A stretch of DNA of 64,000 nucleotides from Minisyncoccota bacterium (GTDB taxonomy: Bacteria; Patescibacteriota; Minisyncoccia; Phycocordibacterales; Phycocordibacteraceae), in contig DASPLK010000002.1 of NCBI GenBank assembly GCA_035627595.1, positions 85,864-149,863 of the forward strand, given 5' to 3'. Each line of letters begins with the position of its first letter. The stretch's first letter is position 1. The notes beneath the pieces are model-generated. The model saw only the letters and a program-made list of their open reading frames with translations, did not search any database and was not told the DNA's origin. The translations under genes were made by a program, and so were the position numbers. Of this stretch, positions 9,394-17,736 are shown piece by piece.

Positions 9394-10959
9394 ATGTTTT
9401 GGGCAGACCGAATCGCAAAGGAAATACAAAAGGAGAAAGGTGGCCTTAGTCGCCCGCTTATCATTCGCGACGAAAAGACCCTTTCCGGACGCGTACATGT
9501 GGGAAGCATGCGGGGACTCGCCATTCATGCGCTAGTCGCTGAGGTTTTGGACGAGTATGGGATCAAGAACACCTTCCTCTGGGAACATAATGATTTCGAT
9601 CCATTCGATTCCATACCGCCGCAGCTAGACGAGTCGGTGTACCGAGAGCATCTCGGAAAACCTTTGTATCTCGTCCCGTCGCCGGAGCCTGGCTATGACA
9701 ACTATGCGGAGTTTTATGGCGCTGAGTTCGAAGGTGTACACCGTAAGTTCGGTGCGACGCCCTCCTACTACCGTGCATACCGCGACCTATACGGTGCAGG
9801 GAAGATGGACGCACAGATCAGAACCGCACTTGATCGAGTTTCTGATATACGCCGCATCCTTAAGGAAGTTTCAGGATCGGTGAAGGATGAGAGCTGGCTT
9901 CCCGTATCGGTTGTATGTGAGAAGTGTAAGAAGATGATGACCACTCGCGCGTACGACTGGGATGGTGAGACCGTGGCGTATACCTGTGAGCGCACTCCTG
10001 ACGAATGCGTGCCATGCGGACATGAGGGACGAGTCGCTCCTTTCTCAGGCGCCGCGAAGCTCTTCTGGAAGGTTGAGTGGGCCGCAAAGTGGGTCGCAAT
10101 GGGTGTCGATGTCGAGGGCGGTGGCAAAGACCATTCCACAAAGGGCGGCGCGCGCGACGTTGCGAATCATATTGCGCGGGAAGTGTTCGGCATAGATTCG
10201 CCGTTTGATATTCCATACGAGTTCTTCCTCGTCGGCGGAAAGAAGATGTCTTCATCAAAAGGTAGGGGTTCTTCAGCAAAGGACATGTCTGAGCTCTTTA
10301 CGCCTGAGCTGTTCAGGCTGCTCCTGATCGGTAAGGAGCCTATGCAGCAGATTGATGTGGATCCAGAAGGTGACTCCGTGCCGCGCATGTACGACTGGTA
10401 TGACGATCTTGCGCAGATGGTCAGGGAGGGCATTGCCGACGATTTCACCCGCCTCTACGCACTAGCTCAGTTGCCTGAGGATCAGGCAGAGATATCAGCG
10501 CCATGGCAGCTTCGCTTCAGCCAGCTTTCTTTTATCGTACAGATGCCGCATATGGATCTCATTACCGAGGCTGCGCGGATAAAGGGCGCCGTTCTTACGC
10601 AGGAAGAGGAAACGAAGCTCAGTGAGCGGGCAGGATACGCACGTTTCTGGCTTGAGATGTACGCGCCTGAATCTGCGCGCTATGTACTCCAGGAGGTAGT
10701 GCCCACCGTCTCATTTTCCGAAGCGCAGAAGGCCGCATTCAAAGCCCTTATGACTTTTGTCGATGAGGAGCGTACGGGAGAGGAGGTGCATGCATTCCTG
10801 CACGCGCTTAAGACCGATATCCCGATTTCCCCGAAGGAGCTCTTCTCCGGAATCTACGAACTTTTCTTAGGTCGTACATCTGGTCCTAAAGCAGGTTGGT
10901 TCCTCTCGGTCTTGCCGCGAGACTATGTCCTCAATCGCCTAAAGAAGGGAAGCGCATAA
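9394..10959 (+). CDS. lysK: class I lysyl-tRNA synthetase
   Basis: FWADRIA...SGRVHVGSMRG (HIGH-like) and KMSSSKG (KMSKS) are typical of class I LysRS. Confidence 0.8.
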   Translation: MFWADRIAKEIQKEKGGLSRPLIIRDEKTLSGRVHVGSMRGLAIHALVAEVLDEYGIKNTFLWEHNDFDPFDSIPPQLDESVYREHLGKPLYLVPSPEPGYDNYAEFYGAEFEGVHRKFGATPSYYRAYRDLYGAGKMDAQIRTALDRVSDIRRILKEVSGSVKDESWLPVSVVCEKCKKMMTTRAYDWDGETVAYTCERTPDECVPCGHEGRVAPFSGAAKLFWKVEWAAKWVAMGVDVEGGGKDHSTKGGARDVANHIAREVFGIDSPFDIPYEFFLVGGKKMSSSKGRGSSAKDMSELFTPELFRLLLIGKEPMQQIDVDPEGDSVPRMYDWYDDLAQMVREGIADDFTRLYALAQLPEDQAEISAPWQLRFSQLSFIVQMPHMDLITEAARIKGAVLTQEEETKLSERAGYARFWLEMYAPESARYVLQEVVPTVSFSEAQKAAFKALMTFVDEERTGEEVHAFLHALKTDIPISPKELFSGIYELFLGRTSGPKAGWFLSVLPRDYVLNRLKKGSA

Positions 10960-10965
10960 GAAGAA

Positions 10966-10993
10966 CGGCCCCAGAAGGGGCCGTTTGAGTTTG
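10966..10993 (+). terminator. rho-independent terminator after lysK
   Basis: CGGCCCC-agaa-GGGGCCG followed by TTTGAGTTTG. Confidence 0.6.
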
Positions 10994-11004
10994 CAGATGA
11001 TTTT

Positions 11005-11265
11005 TTAGTAGAGTTCACGGTCGGTGGCGTGGTAGTAGTCGCGGGTCTGGCGTCCAAGACTTTCGTTGTATTGGTCGTCAGTCCCGCGCGTAAGGAACGG
11101 AGCCCGGTGCGTGATGCCGTGATCCTTGCATGCGCTGGTGTCGATTTCCTCCGTGCAATAGGGGCGGGGGATCGGCGGCAGCGCCTGGACGGGGGTGTTC
11201 TGGATGGAATCTCCCGGTTCGACTCCACGCATCCATGCAGGAACAGTATTGCTGGTCTCAGTCAT
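11005..11265 (-). CDS. hypothetical small protein (86 aa)
   Basis: ATG preceded by GGAGAATAGCG (Shine-Dalgarno spacing fits); no family recognised. Confidence 0.35.
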   Translation of the reverse strand: MTETSNTVPAWMRGVEPGDSIQNTPVQALPPIPRPYCTEEIDTSACKDHGITHRAPFLTRGTDDQYNESLGRQTRDYYHATDRELY

Positions 11266-11317
11266 CGCTATTCTCCAAGGTGCATGTGGTTCATTGTGTA
11301 CCGTTTCGTTCTAAAAC

Positions 11318-11348
11318 GGCGAGAGCCCGATCCTTTCGGTCGGGCTCT
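11318..11348. other. perfect 11-bp stem hairpin GAGAGCCCGAC/GTCGGGCTCTC in the mraZ upstream region
   Basis: Inverted repeat seen directly. On the minus strand it follows a possible 32-codon hydrophobic ORF (about 11377-11470). Confidence 0.4.
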
Positions 11349-11614
11349 CGCTTCATTTCTCCTTCTCGTCTTACTTCGTGGAGGAAACCTCAAGCGAAAC
11401 CCCGACCGGTTTAATTAGGCCGAAGTACACAAAGGTTGCGAAGACGAATGTATTTATTGCACTCTTCATTACTTCTTAGGATAGGCTTCTTCATCTTATG
11501 TGTCAACGTTCATGGGGATAACAGAATGAGGAGTGGGAGAAAGTGTCATATACTGGCATACATGTGGGAGAAAGTGGGATGAGATTCCACCACCTCCTGC
11601 GCCTACTTCCTACT

Positions 11615-12049
11615 ATGTTCATCGGAGAATACCGCCACACATTCGATACGAAGAACAGAATTTCGCTACCAGCGAAATTCAGGAAGGAACTTGGCGCATC
11701 TGTGGTTGTTACGCGCGGTCTTGATAAGTGTCTCTTCGTATACGCAAAGAGTGCGTGGAAGAAGGAAGCTGAGAAGATTGCTCGCCACTCAACGGGAAGC
11801 GCAGCAGGCCGCGGCCTTTCACGACTTATGCTTGCTGGCGCGGTAGAAGCTGATGTTGATTCAGCAGGCCGCATCCTCGTGCCTGACTACTTGCGTTCGT
11901 TTGCGAGTCTTTCTGATAAGGGTGTTATTGCTGGGGTTTCAGATCGTGTCGAGATTTGGGACGAGAACGCATGGGAGGCGTACACGAAGACCATTGAGTC
12001 TGAAGCTGATGCTTTTGCTGAGAAGCTCGGCGACCAGGGAGTCCTATAA
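11615..12049 (+). CDS. mraZ: transcriptional regulator MraZ
   Basis: MFIGEYRHTFDTKNRISLPAKFR... duplicated MraZ fold; first gene of the division/cell-wall cluster. Confidence 0.85.
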   Translation: MFIGEYRHTFDTKNRISLPAKFRKELGASVVVTRGLDKCLFVYAKSAWKKEAEKIARHSTGSAAGRGLSRLMLAGAVEADVDSAGRILVPDYLRSFASLSDKGVIAGVSDRVEIWDENAWEAYTKTIESEADAFAEKLGDQGVL

Positions 12050-12052
12050 CGT

Positions 12053-13006
12053 ATGGAGACCAAGCACGACAGCGTCCTCTTTAACGAAACTATCGAATGG
12101 CTTGATATTGAGCCGGGAGATACGGTCGTAGACGCTACCCTTGGCGGGGCAGGGCACTTCAAGGCTATGCTCTCTGCGCTTGGTCCGCAGGGAGCGCTTG
12201 TGGGCATCGATGCAGATCATGACGCCATCCTGCGCGCGCAGAAGGTCGTGGATAGTGATCTTAGGTGTGAAAAGGCTGCCATCCATCTTGTCGAGAACAA
12301 TTTCCGCAACCTTGAGTCGATTGTGGAGGAAGCTGGGGTAGGTGCGCCCGACAAGATCCTCTTCGATCTAGGTTGGAGCTCGTTTCAGCTTACACGGGGC
12401 CGCGGCTTCTCCTTTAAGGCTGATGAGCCGCTTCTCATGACCTATGGCAACCCAGAGGAGGCAGAGACCGCAGCTGACCTCGTCAACAGTGCAAGTGAGG
12501 AAGAGCTCTCAGACATTATTTTTACATACGGTGAAGAGCGCTTCGCGCGCGGCATCGCTAAGTCGATCGTTCGAGAGCGAAAAACAAAAAGCATTCTTAC
12601 AACAGCCGATCTCGTTGCCGCTGTCGAAAAGGGAACGCCGTCCTGGTACCACCATCGACGTCTCCACCCGGCAACAAAGACCTTCCAGGCGCTGCGTATC
12701 GCGGTTAACGACGAGCTGGGCGCCCTACGTGAGGGCCTCGCTGCGGCGCTCCGTGTTGTGAATCCTGGCGGCCGCATCGCAGTTATTACTTTCCACAGCA
12801 TCGAGGACCGCATTGTTAAAAGCATGTTCCGCGACGCAGCGTACGCGGGGAAAGGGTGCCTCGGTACTAAGAAACCCATTGTGCCTTCCGAGGAGGAACT
12901 CACAGTGAATCCTCGCGCACGCAGCGCGAAGCTGCGCGTGTTCCTGCGTGAGGATGTCGCACCGTCTAAAAGCTCTTTATTTCATAATCACGTAGCCTAT
13001 GTCTGA
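12053..13006 (+). CDS. rsmH: 16S rRNA (cytosine1402-N4)-methyltransferase
   Basis: FNETIEWLDIEPGDTVVDATLGGAGH SAM-binding start; mraZ-rsmH synteny. Confidence 0.9.
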   Translation: METKHDSVLFNETIEWLDIEPGDTVVDATLGGAGHFKAMLSALGPQGALVGIDADHDAILRAQKVVDSDLRCEKAAIHLVENNFRNLESIVEEAGVGAPDKILFDLGWSSFQLTRGRGFSFKADEPLLMTYGNPEEAETAADLVNSASEEELSDIIFTYGEERFARGIAKSIVRERKTKSILTTADLVAAVEKGTPSWYHHRRLHPATKTFQALRIAVNDELGALREGLAAALRVVNPGGRIAVITFHSIEDRIVKSMFRDAAYAGKGCLGTKKPIVPSEEELTVNPRARSAKLRVFLREDVAPSKSSLFHNHVAYV

Positions 13007-13283
13007 TAAACTCATCCCCGTCCTCGGTTCAGTAACCGCACTCCTCATAGGCGTTTATGTCACGCTCGTGGTCACCACAATCTATTTTGCTACCTGGCAG
13101 ACCCAGGGCATCGCCCAGATACGCGAGCTCGAGGGCACCATCGCATCTCTTGAGACTGACTACTATGCTGCTATCGAGCGCATCAACCGCACCGATCCGA
13201 TGGCGCATGGCCTTTCTGCTCCCATTGCCGTCCGCTATGTAGCGGCAACCGAGGGCACCAACGTTTCGTTCGCAAGCCGCTAG
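12999..13283 (+). CDS. ftsL: FtsL-like cell division protein
   Basis: 94 aa, single TM plus coiled coil, between rsmH and ftsI. Confidence 0.5.
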   Translation: MSDKLIPVLGSVTALLIGVYVTLVVTTIYFATWQTQGIAQIRELEGTIASLETDYYAAIERINRTDPMAHGLSAPIAVRYVAATEGTNVSFASR

Positions 13284-13284
13284 T

Positions 13285-15015
13285 ATGCGCAGGGCGTTCC
13301 GGCTGAAGCTCCGCATTCTCTCCGGCGTCCTCTTCGTCTTTACACTTCTTCTCGTTACCCGGCTCTACTTTGTGCAGGTAGTGCATGGGTCTGACTATGC
13401 GCTCCGTGCTGAGCGTCAGTATGTAAGCTCGAGCCAGCAACTCTATGACCGCGGCTCCATTTATTTCACCCGGAAGGACGGGACGTACCTTTCTGCAGCG
13501 ACTTTGGCGACTGGCTTCACGCTTGCGGTAGACGCAAAGCGCATTGAAGATCCAGAAGCGGCATACGCTGCGCTTGCGGCTATTGTCCCAATTGAGTACG
13601 AGGCGTTTATGGCTGCTGTTGCTAAGACCGATGATCCGTACGAAGTTATCGCTCGGCGCGTTCCAGACGCGGCTGGCCGGCAAATCGGAGAGCTTGAGAT
13701 TCCAGGCGTCATAGTAGAGCGCGAACGCTGGCGTACGTACCCAGCTGGCTCTATGGCTGCGCAGACCATAGGATTTGTCGCCTACGATAACGACAATACG
13801 CTCGCCGGCAGGTTTGGACTTGAGCGCTATTACAACGACGTGCTCGATCATAAGGCAGACGGTCTCTTCGGCAATTTTTTCGCGGAGTTGTTTGCGAATC
13901 TTGATAGCGTGATGGTCGACGCGCGAAGTGCGCGCCAGGGAGACCTCATCACCTCCATTGAGCCTATGGTTCAGGAGAAGCTCAATCAGGTGCTTGAAGA
14001 CGCACATGCGCGCTATGGCGCCCGAGAGACTGCGGCGATCATCATGGATCCAAAGACAGGCGAAATCATCGCTATGGATTCAATACCAGGGTTCAATCCT
14101 AACGACTTCTCGAAAGCTGATCCAACGACTTTCAATAATCCTTTGGTTGAACACGTGTATGAGTTCGGTTCGATTGTAAAGACGCTTACTGTCGCTGCAG
14201 GCCTTGATGCAGGGGTCATACGCCCAGAGACGACATACAACGATGTTGGCTGTATTACTGTCAATACACGCACGATCTGTAACTACGATCTAAAAGCTCG
14301 CGGCGTCGTTCCTATGCAAGAAGTACTTTCTCAGTCGCTAAACCTCGGCGTCTCATTCATAACTGACCGCCTTGGGCATGATGCATTCCGCACATACTTC
14401 AAGGATCTCGGTATAGGTACCGAGACCGGTATCGATCTGCCTGACGAAACGCGCGGCATTATCAATAACCTTGAGAGCCCGCGCGATGTCGAGTACTTTA
14501 ATGCATCGTTCGGCCAGGGTATTGCCGTAACTCCGGTCGGCATGGTCCGCGCGCTTTCATCGCTCGCGAACGACGGCAAGATTGTGACGCCGCACCTCGT
14601 GAAGGCGGTGCGCCTTGAATCTGGCGTTACCAAGAATCTCACCTGGGGAGAATCCGAGCGCGTGTTTTCCGAGAAGGCAGCAGAAGAAACTACGCAGATA
14701 CTTGTAAATGTTGTAGATGATGCGCTCGCGGGCGGTACAAAATCGATTCCTGAGATGAGCGTTGCTGCGAAGACCGGTACCGCACAGATACCGTCGCCGA
14801 CAGGCGGCTACTATGACGACCGGTACCTACACTCATTCTTCGGCTACTTCCCGGCGTACGAGCCGCGGTTCGTTATCCTGCTCTATATTAGGGAGCCGGG
14901 AGGCGTTCAGTATGCATCGGAGACCCTCACGGAGCCGTTCTTTGAACTTACGCATTTCCTTATAAACTATTACGATATCCCTCCAGATAGAGCTTCCTAT
15001 GAAACGACTCGCTAG
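13285..15015 (+). CDS. ftsI: penicillin-binding protein 3 / FtsI transpeptidase
   Basis: GSIVKT (SxxK), SQSLN (SxN), KTGTAQ (KTG); N-terminal TM. Confidence 0.85.
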   Translation: MRRAFRLKLRILSGVLFVFTLLLVTRLYFVQVVHGSDYALRAERQYVSSSQQLYDRGSIYFTRKDGTYLSAATLATGFTLAVDAKRIEDPEAAYAALAAIVPIEYEAFMAAVAKTDDPYEVIARRVPDAAGRQIGELEIPGVIVERERWRTYPAGSMAAQTIGFVAYDNDNTLAGRFGLERYYNDVLDHKADGLFGNFFAELFANLDSVMVDARSARQGDLITSIEPMVQEKLNQVLEDAHARYGARETAAIIMDPKTGEIIAMDSIPGFNPNDFSKADPTTFNNPLVEHVYEFGSIVKTLTVAAGLDAGVIRPETTYNDVGCITVNTRTICNYDLKARGVVPMQEVLSQSLNLGVSFITDRLGHDAFRTYFKDLGIGTETGIDLPDETRGIINNLESPRDVEYFNASFGQGIAVTPVGMVRALSSLANDGKIVTPHLVKAVRLESGVTKNLTWGESERVFSEKAAEETTQILVNVVDDALAGGTKSIPEMSVAAKTGTAQIPSPTGGYYDDRYLHSFFGYFPAYEPRFVILLYIREPGGVQYASETLTEPFFELTHFLINYYDIPPDRASYETTR

Positions 15016-16276
15016 AAACATTGTCGCAACCATCCTCGCCATTTTGGCGCGCGCAGTGCTAAGGAAGTACCGCCCTGGCGTAGTTATGGTCACGGGTAGC
15101 GTAGGGAAAACTTCGACCAAGGATGCGGTCGCGGCAGTCGTCAGAGATCATTTTTTCTCGCGCGCAAGTGAGAAGAGCTATAACAGCGAGTTCGGCGTGC
15201 CGCTCACCATCATCGGTTCCAAGAATCCTTGGTCCAATCCTATTCGATGGCTGAAGGTCTTTCAGGATGCGCTTGCGCTCATCATGCTCCCAAGTCACTA
15301 TCCGAAGCTTCTAGTGCTTGAGGTAGGAGCAGACAGTCCCGGCGATCTTGAGCGCATCCTTCGTATCGCGACACCGGACGTCGTCGTCGTTACGAAGCTT
15401 CCAGAGCTTCCGGTACACGTGGAGTTCTATGCGAGCCCCAACGCAGTTCGCGAAGAGGAGTTTGAACCGGCATACGCGCTTAATGCAGGCTCTCCGCTCA
15501 TTATCTCTGCTGATGATCCCTACGCACGCGAGATGGCGAAGCCGCTTCCTGTACGCACCATCACCTACGGATTTGATGAGGACGCGGAGATACATATCGC
15601 TGACCCTAAGGTTCGTATCGAAGATGGGGAGCCGGTAGGTATGGAAGCGCGACTCCTGTACCAGGGCTCCTCTTATCCGCTTATCGTACGTGGTGCGCTA
15701 GGACGCCAGCAGCTCTACGCCCCTGCCGCAGCACTTGCGGTTGCTCTCTCGCTCTCCATGCCCCTTGAGGAGGCCCTGAAGGCTATTGAGGGGTACGAAC
15801 CACCCCCGGGTCGCTCCCGCATCCTGCCGGGCAAGAACGGGTCTATCTTGATCGACGATTCCTATAACTCTTCGCCTGCAGCGGTCGAAGAAGCACTTGG
15901 CGCTATGAGCCTCGTACCAGGGAAGCGGCGCATTGCGGTACTGGGCGATATGCTTGAGCTTGGCAGGTATTCCAAGCGGGAGCATGAGCGTATCGGGGAG
16001 CTTGCAGCCGCTGCGGCTGACGTCGTAGTTGCGGTAGGCGGCCGTGCGCATGTGATTGCTGAGGCTGCTGAGCGTGAAGGGAGAAGTGAGGTCTTTGCGT
16101 ACGAGACATCCAAAGAAGCGGCGACGCTACTTCCTGAGATTGTAGGAGAAGGGGACATTGTGCTCATCAAAGGATCTCAGAGTATTCGCACAGAACGAAT
16201 CGTCGAGGTGCTTCTTCGAGACATGGGAGACCGCACAAAGCTCGTACGACAAGATAGGGAATGGAAGAGTCGCTAG
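14999..16276 (+). CDS. murF: Mur ligase, MurF-like (UDP-MurNAc-tripeptide--D-Ala-D-Ala ligase) lacking the usual N-terminal domain
   Basis: GSVGKTSTKD P-loop at residue ~33, YNSEFGVPLT, and IDDSYNSSP at the C-terminus match MurF. Confidence 0.75.
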   Translation: MKRLARNIVATILAILARAVLRKYRPGVVMVTGSVGKTSTKDAVAAVVRDHFFSRASEKSYNSEFGVPLTIIGSKNPWSNPIRWLKVFQDALALIMLPSHYPKLLVLEVGADSPGDLERILRIATPDVVVVTKLPELPVHVEFYASPNAVREEEFEPAYALNAGSPLIISADDPYAREMAKPLPVRTITYGFDEDAEIHIADPKVRIEDGEPVGMEARLLYQGSSYPLIVRGALGRQQLYAPAAALAVALSLSMPLEEALKAIEGYEPPPGRSRILPGKNGSILIDDSYNSSPAAVEEALGAMSLVPGKRRIAVLGDMLELGRYSKREHERIGELAAAAADVVVAVGGRAHVIAEAAEREGRSEVFAYETSKEAATLLPEIVGEGDIVLIKGSQSIRTERIVEVLLRDMGDRTKLVRQDREWKSR

Positions 16277-16319
16277 GGCTTCATTTTTAGAGGCTCATCT
16301 GGTATAACTTCCTGGTACA

Positions 16320-16391
16320 GGCCCTATCGTCTAGCGGTTAGGACGTCGCCCTCTCACGGCGAAAACCGGGGTTCGATTCCCCGTAGGGTCA
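16320..16391 (+). tRNA. tRNA-Glu (anticodon CUC)
   Basis: 72-nt cloverleaf folded by hand: 7-bp acceptor stem GGCCCTA/TAGGGTC, anticodon loop CTCTCAC, T-loop TTCGATT. Confidence 0.85.
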
Positions 16392-16455
16392 CAGCATTCC
16401 GGATTTAAACAATTAGCTTGGATTACTTGTAGTTTCTGTCTGTTACAGTGGCAGC

Positions 16456-16779
16456 ATGATTCTGCGCGCAATAGTATTTTCCTTACTCCTATCAGTAAGT
16501 CTGCCTTATACTGCCTCTGCCTGTTTACCACCACCTGGTTGGGAACCAAAGTATCTTAGCGGCTCCGACATATTCATACAGACAGGAGAGTCTTTCGGAA
16601 GTACTTATACTAATCTGCATGAGTACTTTCCTATGTACTCCAATGGGCCTACTTCGTGCGGAACAATTACTCACTACATAAGAAAGGATGCCGCTATTGG
16701 CGGCAGCCTTGTACTTGCACTAGGTATCATTGGAATGATCTTAATGTGGATCAAGCTTCGTAAGAAAAACCCACGTTAA
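16456..16779 (+). CDS. hypothetical secreted/anchored small protein (signal peptide, C-terminal TM plus basic tail), low GC
   Basis: 107 aa. GC is visibly lower than the flanks (AT-rich codons). Lies immediately 3' of tRNA-Glu. Confidence 0.5.
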   Translation: MILRAIVFSLLLSVSLPYTASACLPPPGWEPKYLSGSDIFIQTGESFGSTYTNLHEYFPMYSNGPTSCGTITHYIRKDAAIGGSLVLALGIIGMILMWIKLRKKNPR

Positions 16780-16792
16780 CGCAACGCTCTCC

Positions 16793-16856
16793 CTAGCAGG
16801 TACCATTTGCCGAGCTCCAATATAATCTGGTTCCAATTCGCACTAATGTGGGTCAC
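16793..16856 (+). repeat. copy 1 of a ~60-nt direct repeat (core AGCTCC...CTGgTTCCAATTCgCACTAAtGTGGGTCAC)
   Basis: Aligned by eye with copy 2 (about 80% identity). Begins 14 nt after the stop of ORF 16456-16779. Confidence 0.5.
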
Positions 16857-16995
16857 ATAGACTTTGTGCCTAAAATACAAGCTCCTACAAGGCGACCACA
16901 GTAGTCGCTAGAACACTGTTTGATTATTTCTCGCAAAGAGCGCATATTGCATCCCAGAACCAGGCCACTTTTGGCGCTCAACTCAGGAGGTTCTG

Positions 16996-17226
16996 ATGCC
17001 AGACATTCTGGACGACTGGAAAGACTTCCCCAAGGTCGGCTTGATCGTTAACGGGGAAAAGAAATTCTACCCTTTGTCCGAGGCTGTTCCTCTGTGGGAT
17101 AGCGGTTTCCTCAAGGTTGAAGACTCTCGCGAGCTTCTTCTTGAAGACTTCAGCATCCGCGAAATGACCGACGACGAGAACAGGGCGTTCCAACAACGGA
17201 CGGATGAATTTTCTGCCAGCAAGTGA
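16996..17226 (+). CDS. hypothetical acidic small protein (76 aa)
   Basis: ATG preceded by AGGAGG at -6; ORF lies between the two repeat copies. Confidence 0.5.
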   Translation: MPDILDDWKDFPKVGLIVNGEKKFYPLSEAVPLWDSGFLKVEDSRELLLEDFSIREMTDDENRAFQQRTDEFSASK

Positions 17227-17256
17227 GGTCTGGATGTAGCCCGATTTCGTCACGGG

Positions 17257-17286
17257 AGCCCCGCCACCATCTAGGTGCGCGGGGCT
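17257..17286 (+). terminator. hairpin after ORF 16996-17226
   Basis: AGCCCCGC-13 nt loop-GCGGGGCT followed by ACTTCATTATCT. Confidence 0.4.
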
Positions 17287-17314
17287 ACTTCATTATCTAG
17301 AGACCTTCCAAAGG

Positions 17315-17372
17315 CTAGCCAGGTACTAAGCTCCTGTACCAACTGATTCCAATTCTCACTAACGTGGGTCAC
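17315..17372 (+). repeat. copy 2 of the ~60-nt direct repeat
   Basis: CTAGCCAGGTAC...AGCTCC...CTGaTTCCAATTCtCACTAAcGTGGGTCAC; about 520 bp from copy 1. Confidence 0.5.
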
Positions 17373-17385
17373 CACATAATAGGAA

Positions 17386-17430
17386 ATCGCCCGGACCAAA
17401 AGGAACGGGCGATTCCTTTGTCCGGGCGAT
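17386..17430 (-). terminator. long imperfect hairpin (about 19 bp stem) directly after stop of minus-strand ORF 17430-17678
   Basis: ATCGCCCGGACCAAAAGGAA-cgggcg-ATTCCTTTGTCCGGGCGAT. Confidence 0.55.
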
Positions 17431-17678
17431 CAATCGGGAAGGTCGATGTCGAATGTAACACGGCCGATCTTCTTCTTGGCGTCGATGACCTGGACTTGCA
17501 CGCCCGTGCAGTCCGGATCTACGAACGGTTTGCCGTCTAAAGCGCCCACGTTCAGGCCGCACCTGCCAGATGCAAGGAGTAGTTCCTGCACAAGCGGCAC
17601 ATCCGTCTTCTTGAGCATGTTCTCCGGATCATCGCTAAGAGGCGATTTGCCCGGATCTTGCTCTGTCTTTCTGGGCAT
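17430..17678 (-). CDS. hypothetical small protein (83 aa)
   Basis: ATG at 17678 preceded by AAGGAGG at -6. The longer ORF listed in the track (to 17993) overlaps the truB 3' end and is probably over-extended. Confidence 0.5.
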   Translation of the reverse strand: MPRKTEQDPGKSPLSDDPENMLKKTDVPLVQELLLASGRCGLNVGALDGKPFVDPDCTGVQVQVIDAKKKIGRVTFDIDLPD

Positions 17679-17736
17679 AGCGTCCTCCTTTGCCAGCTCC
17701 TTAAGTAGGATAGCCCGGACGGCTGGGTTGGCAAAC

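Noticed and set aside
16793-17372. Calling the two ~60-nt repeats integron attC sites
   Set aside because: No integrase and no clear R/L core sites (GTTRRRY) recognisable by eye. Kept only as a cassette-like hypothesis in the findings.
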